A stretch of 64,000 nt of DNA from Deltaproteobacteria bacterium (GTDB lineage Bacteria > Myxococcota_A > Polyangia > Fen-1088), in assembly GCA_033763315.1 (NCBI GenBank), contig JANRKS010000002.1, forward strand, positions 256,001 to 320,000, read 5' to 3'. Under the pieces are notes generated by a model. It was not told the DNA's origin and did not search any database. It worked only from the letters and a program-made list of their open reading frames with translations. A program made the position numbers and the translations under genes. Shown here one piece after another: positions 59,500 to 64,000 of the stretch; the first letter of the stretch is position 1, and every line of letters begins with the position of its first letter.

Positions 59500-60224
59500 A
59501 TGCCTGCGGCGGAGGCCACGTTCCAGAACAAGCTGGGGATGTCGCCAAAACGATCCACCACAGGATGCTTCGGAAACTTCAACATGAAGCGCTCGCGCGA
59601 GAAGGTGCCGGCCACGCCGATGAAGCGCAGGTTTTCAACTTCGGCGATGTCGCCATCGTGAAGCGAATCGCCCACGAACATCAAATCCTCGCGAGCCACA
59701 CCAAAGTGTTTCATCGCCAGTTCCACGTGCGCCTTGCCTTTGGCCAAGCCATTGCCGTAGCCCAAGGCCAAGTCAAATGGGAACGGGTTGTGCTTGATGA
59801 AGGTGTTAACGTTTTCGGTGCCGTTGTTTGACGAAACCACCACGCGAACACCGCGTGAGCGCATTTCTTCCAGGGCCAAGCGCGTGTCGGCGGACAGCTT
59901 GGCGGTGCTGCAGCGGGCGGGCTTGGCAGCCTCGAACCGATCGGACGCCGCTTGGTTGCGGGCGTCGCCTGGGCAAATCACGTCCAGCTGGCGGATGAAG
60001 GGAAGGCCACATGTGGCGAGGTACATGTCCCGGGCCAGGCCACGGTCCATCCCGTACATCTCTTCAAGCACCTCGGTGGCCAAGTCGGCCAAAACCGGCA
60101 TCGTGTCGATGAGCGTTCCATCCAGGTCGCAAAGGATGACCTTGGGAGCCGCAAGGCGAGGCGAAACCGCGCGGGACACCCGGCGAGGCGTGGAGCTGAA
60201 AGCGGCAGGAACCTGGATGTCCAT
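59496..60224 (-). CDS. HAD-family phosphatase
   Basis: CDLDGTLIDT, VVSSN, KGK, FVGDSLHD; ATGA overlap with NTP transferase. Confidence 0.85.
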   Translation of the reverse strand: MDIQVPAAFSSTPRRVSRAVSPRLAAPKVILCDLDGTLIDTMPVLADLATEVLEEMYGMDRGLARDMYLATCGLPFIRQLDVICPGDARNQAASDRFEAAKPARCSTAKLSADTRLALEEMRSRGVRVVVSSNNGTENVNTFIKHNPFPFDLALGYGNGLAKGKAHVELAMKHFGVAREDLMFVGDSLHDGDIAEVENLRFIGVAGTFSRERFMLKFPKHPVVDRFGDIPSLFWNVASAAGM

Positions 60225-60335
60225 GTTGGGGTAGCCCTAAAGCAAGGCCCGATCCATATGCCCCAGGTAGAGATAAGTGTCTAAAAAGACATCAATTTGC
60301 CACAATCACACGTGGCAGAAAGGCTTACAGGTGGT

Positions 60336-60362
60336 GAACTTTCACCATCTCAAGTGTTCAAA
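60336..60362 (+). promoter_or_regulatory. RpoE-like ECF promoter
   Basis: GAACTT-N16-TCAAA upstream of the 60386 gene. Confidence 0.45.
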
Positions 60363-60385
60363 ACCAAACGCCGATGTGCCCGGGC

Positions 60386-60700
60386 ATGGACGAACAGGTG
60401 CGGCAGCAGGCGAAAGCAAAGCTTGGTGGGTTGATTGCCAAGGTGCTTGAAGACGGCGTGATTGACGCCGGTGAACGCGAATCCCTTCAAGGTTTTTTTC
60501 GGGACGCGCTCTTAACGGTCAGTGATGTGAAGGCCGTCTATTTGGACTCCGTTGGAGCCCTCCAGGCCGAAGTTTTGGCCGACGGCGTGGTCACGGCCGA
60601 GGAAGCCCGGCGCTGCAAGTTGGTGGTGGAACAGTTGCGCATCCCCCTGCGCATGTTGCCGCCCGAGATGGTTGCCATCGTCACGGGTCAAAAACCGTAG
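60386..60700 (+). CDS. Small TerB-like helical protein
   Basis: Two repeats LEDGVIDAGER and LADGVVTAEEA. Confidence 0.6.
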   Translation: MDEQVRQQAKAKLGGLIAKVLEDGVIDAGERESLQGFFRDALLTVSDVKAVYLDSVGALQAEVLADGVVTAEEARRCKLVVEQLRIPLRMLPPEMVAIVTGQKP

Positions 60701-60712
60701 CGGCAGGCGGCC

Positions 60713-61405
60713 TCAGTGTGGCCGGGCCGGGCCTTGGGGCGTGGGCCCATTTCGGGCGTCATAGCCCTTCGGGTCCCAGGTGCGCGCGACGAGCTCGGAG
60801 TGCATGAGCAGGATCTGGCCGGACACCAGGCAGAACGCCGTGCAGACAATGAACACCTGAACGCGAGCCAAGGTGGGGTACCGGCTTTTCAAGAACGAGC
60901 GCAGCGGCGCCTTCCAAAGCGCCAACAGCATCACGGGCAGAAAGTACAACGTCTCAACCAAAGAGACTTGAATCCCGCGCCAAGACAAAAACGCGATGCC
61001 CGACGGCGCCACAGGGATGGGCCGCAACGGCATGACGATGCGTTCGTCGAACAGCGGCCACAACAAGTGGATGCCTCGGCTGTCCGTGGTGGAGGCGTCG
61101 AGCAGCCCATGGCTGGCCACGGTGAGGAAGGTCAGCACGGTCACGCGGATGGGGTTGCGGCCTTTGCGGAATAGGAAGTAAGCCACCGCCGAAACCAGCG
61201 CCGCGAATAACCACGTGTGGGAGATCCCGCGGTGACCGCAGAGCCCCTTGTCGTGAACGCCGAAGGCCAACGGTACGATATCCAGATCCGGCAGCAGAGA
61301 CAGACCTGCATAGGCCGACATCGTGGCCATCAGATCTTTACCGTTGCGGGCGCCGTGCAGTCTGCCCGCCAGCATTCCAACGGCAACGTGCCCGATGCTG
61401 GCCAT
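60713..61405 (-). CDS. Membrane-bound metal-dependent hydrolase (YdjM-like)
   Basis: SIGH, LPDLD, HRGISHT, SHGLLDA, LLWP. Confidence 0.85.
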   Translation of the reverse strand: MASIGHVAVGMLAGRLHGARNGKDLMATMSAYAGLSLLPDLDIVPLAFGVHDKGLCGHRGISHTWLFAALVSAVAYFLFRKGRNPIRVTVLTFLTVASHGLLDASTTDSRGIHLLWPLFDERIVMPLRPIPVAPSGIAFLSWRGIQVSLVETLYFLPVMLLALWKAPLRSFLKSRYPTLARVQVFIVCTAFCLVSGQILLMHSELVARTWDPKGYDARNGPTPQGPARPH

Positions 61406-61529
61406 ATATTAAAGCTAGCAAGGTTACCTTCAGTTCACCTGTTGAAAATTCACCACGCGAGCGCCAGCCCTATGACGGTGGTTCATTTCGCGGCTCGTCG
61501 AAACTCTGCTACGCTCGGCGGCTTCGCGC

Positions 61530-64000
61530 GTGCCACCTTCGCTGCAAATACATCCCGTTGCCAAGCGCTACGCCGCTTGGGTCAGTCGCCACCCCTTTGC
61601 GATCCTTGGTGTGGCCTTTTTGGCTTTCGTTTTGGGCGTCGTGCTGGTGTCACGACTTGAACTGAAAACGGCCTTTCACGAGCTGTTGCCCAGCAAAGAT
61701 CCGGGCGTCATGGCTCTGTTGCGATCGCAGAAGCGCACGGGCGATCTCAGCCTTCTCGCGATCGGCATTCGCTCGCCGGACAAAGACGCCAACCTTAAGT
61801 ACGCCGAAGCGTTAACGTCCAAGTTGCGCAAGCTGCCCATTGATATCTCGGAGCTAGCGACCTACAACGTCTTAGATCTGAAGGCGTTCTTTGAAGCCAA
61901 CCAATGGCTGTATTTGAAGACCGACGATCTCGAAGAGATTCGCGATCGCTTGCGCAAAGAGATCACGAAGAAAAAGAACCCGCTGCTCATTGATTTGAGC
62001 GATCCCGAAGAAGACGCGGCCGAGGAGAAGGCGTTAAAGGCGCGCATTGAAAGCGAGCGCGGCTCGTTGTCGGATCGCTTTCCTGGCGGTTACTTCATGA
62101 GCGAAGATGGCAAATACGTCTGGGTCGTGGCTTTGCCTCCAGGCGGTATGTTCGTGGAGCGCGCGGGGGAGGCGTTGCTGGCCGAGACCAAGGGCATCAT
62201 CGCGGCGATGGACCCCAAGGGGTTTCACCCGCAAATGACGGTCGAGCCTGGTGGCCCCATCGTCACGGCCATCGCCAGCCGTCGCGCCGTGGAGCGCGAC
62301 ATCGTGTGGGTCACCGTTACCTGTTTGGTGGTGGTGGCGATTTCCATCGGTGTTTACTTCCGCAGCCTGCGGAGCGCGCCTCTCATCGGCGTGCCGGCGG
62401 TGCTTGGCACTGTGTTGGCCTTTGGCGTGGCTGAATTGGCGTTCGGGTATCTGAACGCGTCCACGGCATTTTTGGGCTCGATCATATTGGGCAATGGCAT
62501 CAATTACGGGATCATCTTGCTGTCCCGCTACGAAGAAGAACGAGCACACGGTCATTCGCACATCGACGCCTTGGCGGCCAGTTTGGCCGGTGTCTTGAAG
62601 GGAACCTTGACCGCGGCCGTGTGCGCCTCGGCGGCGTACCTTAGCCTCGTGCTCACCAGCTTCCGCGGGTTCTCGCAGTTTGGTGTGATGGGTGCATCGG
62701 GGGTTCTGTTTTGTTGGTCGTGCACATTCTTGGTTCTGCCGGCGTTGTTGGTGTTGGTGGACCGCTGGTCGCCACGCACGCTTTCACACCGTGCGCCTTG
62801 GTCGATGCAACCCGTGGGGCGTGCGTTGAGCCGATGGGCGACGCCGTTGTTGGTGATTTCGGTGGTGGTAACGGTGATTGGTGCCTGGGGCGCCACACAC
62901 TTCTTGAATGCGCCCTTCGAATACAACTTCCGCAAGTTGGCGGCGAACATCGATCAAACGCAGAACCAAAAAGAGTTCTCTAGCAGCCTCGATAAGTTGT
63001 TTGGTCGGTGGCCCCAGCCCACCATCGTGCTCGCGGATGAGCTGAACGAGGTTGAGCCGATTCGCAAATCGCTGTGGGCACAAGATAAGGCCCGCCACGC
63101 TGACAAACCCCTCATCGGACAAGTCGTCACGATCTACGACATGTTGCCCGGTACACCCGAGGTTCAGGCTGAAAAGCTTGAGCTCATCAATCACATTCGC
63201 CGGCTCGCGCACGATCCCGCGCTTGAGGTGCTGACTGACGAAGAGCGCAAGAAGCTGGGTGTGGTGGATCCACCCGAGGGGCTGAAAGTTTTGGAGCCCA
63301 CGGATTTGCCACCTTTGGCCCAACGCCCCTTCCGAGAGGCCGATGGAACCGTCGGCAAAGTTGTGCTGTTTTATCCCGTCGAAAAAGGCTTCTCGGTATG
63401 GAACGGCCGCGATCTACTGGAGATGGCCGCCATCACGCAGCAGATCCACGTCAAACTAGCGGATGGCAGCACCAAGGTCATTGAAACGGCTGGCCACGCG
63501 GTTGTGTTTGGCGCGATGATTCGATCGATCCTGAAAGACGGCCCCATCGCCACCGGCGTTTCGCTGTTGGCGGTGATTGTGCTGGCCTTGTTGATCATGC
63601 GCCCCTGGTGGGCCGCGGGCGCTTCCGTGCTGTCGCTGCTTTTGGGGGTGTTGTGGATGTTGGGCGCGGCAGGGTGGGGGGGCGTGGCGATCACGTTCTT
63701 GAACTTCATTGCGCTGCCGATCACGTTTGGCATTGGCGCCGAATATGCGTTGAACGTGATGGCGCGCTACCGCGATGATCACGACGTGATCGCCGCTGTT
63801 GTTTCAACTGGCGGCGCCGTAACGTTGTGTTCGTGGACCACGATCGTGGGCTATGGCTCACTGTTGGCCGCGCGCAACGAAGCTTTGCGCGGGTTTGGTG
63901 CCATGGCCATTCTTGGTGAAGTGGCTTGTTTGTTGGCCGCAATCGTCGCGTTGCCGTCGCTGTTCGTGGTGTTGTCGCGTCGGCGCAAGACGCCCGCCGC
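61530..64000 (+). CDS. MMPL/RND-family transporter (runs off window end; absent from ORF track)
   Basis: Frame from GTG 61530 read at several points: ELKTAFHELLP, IILGNGINYGIILLSRYEE, FRGFSQFG, LPITFGIGAEY, TTIVGYGSL. Confidence 0.88.
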   Translation, partial: MPPSLQIHPVAKRYAAWVSRHPFAILGVAFLAFVLGVVLVSRLELKTAFHELLPSKDPGVMALLRSQKRTGDLSLLAIGIRSPDKDANLKYAEALTSKLRKLPIDISELATYNVLDLKAFFEANQWLYLKTDDLEEIRDRLRKEITKKKNPLLIDLSDPEEDAAEEKALKARIESERGSLSDRFPGGYFMSEDGKYVWVVALPPGGMFVERAGEALLAETKGIIAAMDPKGFHPQMTVEPGGPIVTAIASRRAVERDIVWVTVTCLVVVAISIGVYFRSLRSAPLIGVPAVLGTVLAFGVAELAFGYLNASTAFLGSIILGNGINYGIILLSRYEEERAHGHSHIDALAASLAGVLKGTLTAAVCASAAYLSLVLTSFRGFSQFGVMGASGVLFCWSCTFLVLPALLVLVDRWSPRTLSHRAPWSMQPVGRALSRWATPLLVISVVVTVIGAWGATHFLNAPFEYNFRKLAANIDQTQNQKEFSSSLDKLFGRWPQPTIVLADELNEVEPIRKSLWAQDKARHADKPLIGQVVTIYDMLPGTPEVQAEKLELINHIRRLAHDPALEVLTDEERKKLGVVDPPEGLKVLEPTDLPPLAQRPFREADGTVGKVVLFYPVEKGFSVWNGRDLLEMAAITQQIHVKLADGSTKVIETAGHAVVFGAMIRSILKDGPIATGVSLLAVIVLALLIMRPWWAAGASVLSLLLGVLWMLGAAGWGGVAITFLNFIALPITFGIGAEYALNVMARYRDDHDVIAAVVSTGGAVTLCSWTTIVGYGSLLAARNEALRGFGAMAILGEVACLLAAIVALPSLFVVLSRRRKTPA

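Noticed and set aside
61217-61660. ORF suggesting a frameshifted MMPL start
   Set aside because: The MMPL frame has its own in-frame GTG at 61530, so no frameshift is needed

Overview
GC-rich bacterial chromosomal segment. Gene content and protein style (many lipoproteins with D-A/G tails, FHA-GAF adenylate cyclase, rhodanese-MoeB, WWFW-anchored TPR proteins) point to Myxococcota, probably Polyangia-like; this is an inference. Housekeeping genes include rpoZ, panD, tolQRAB, ppx, thiC with a TPP riboswitch, nth, erpA, glnS, DAHP synthase, ppc and two tRNA-Leu genes. Main accessory findings: (1) an ECF sigma / zinc anti-sigma / exported caspase-family protease / beta-propeller lipoprotein operon (48806-53309) back-to-back with a LamG lipoprotein, with two near-identical, oppositely oriented promoter-like motifs between them (AAAAAnnTTCGTCCAAG-N12-TTCGTT); this is the best candidate for a self-contained, protease-gated signalling system. 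(2) A STAS-CheY-CheA-CheB-CheW-MCP cluster ending in an in-frame CheR-CheD fusion, sharing a sigma28-like promoter motif with an orphan cheW. (3) Three tandem lipoproteins carrying four copies of an unrecognised two-Cys domain. (4) A 5' leader of an RRM gene with two mutually exclusive folds, one covering the RBS. No CRISPR array, rRNA, integrase or transposase was seen. All calls are from reading sequence and motifs only; no database searches were run.
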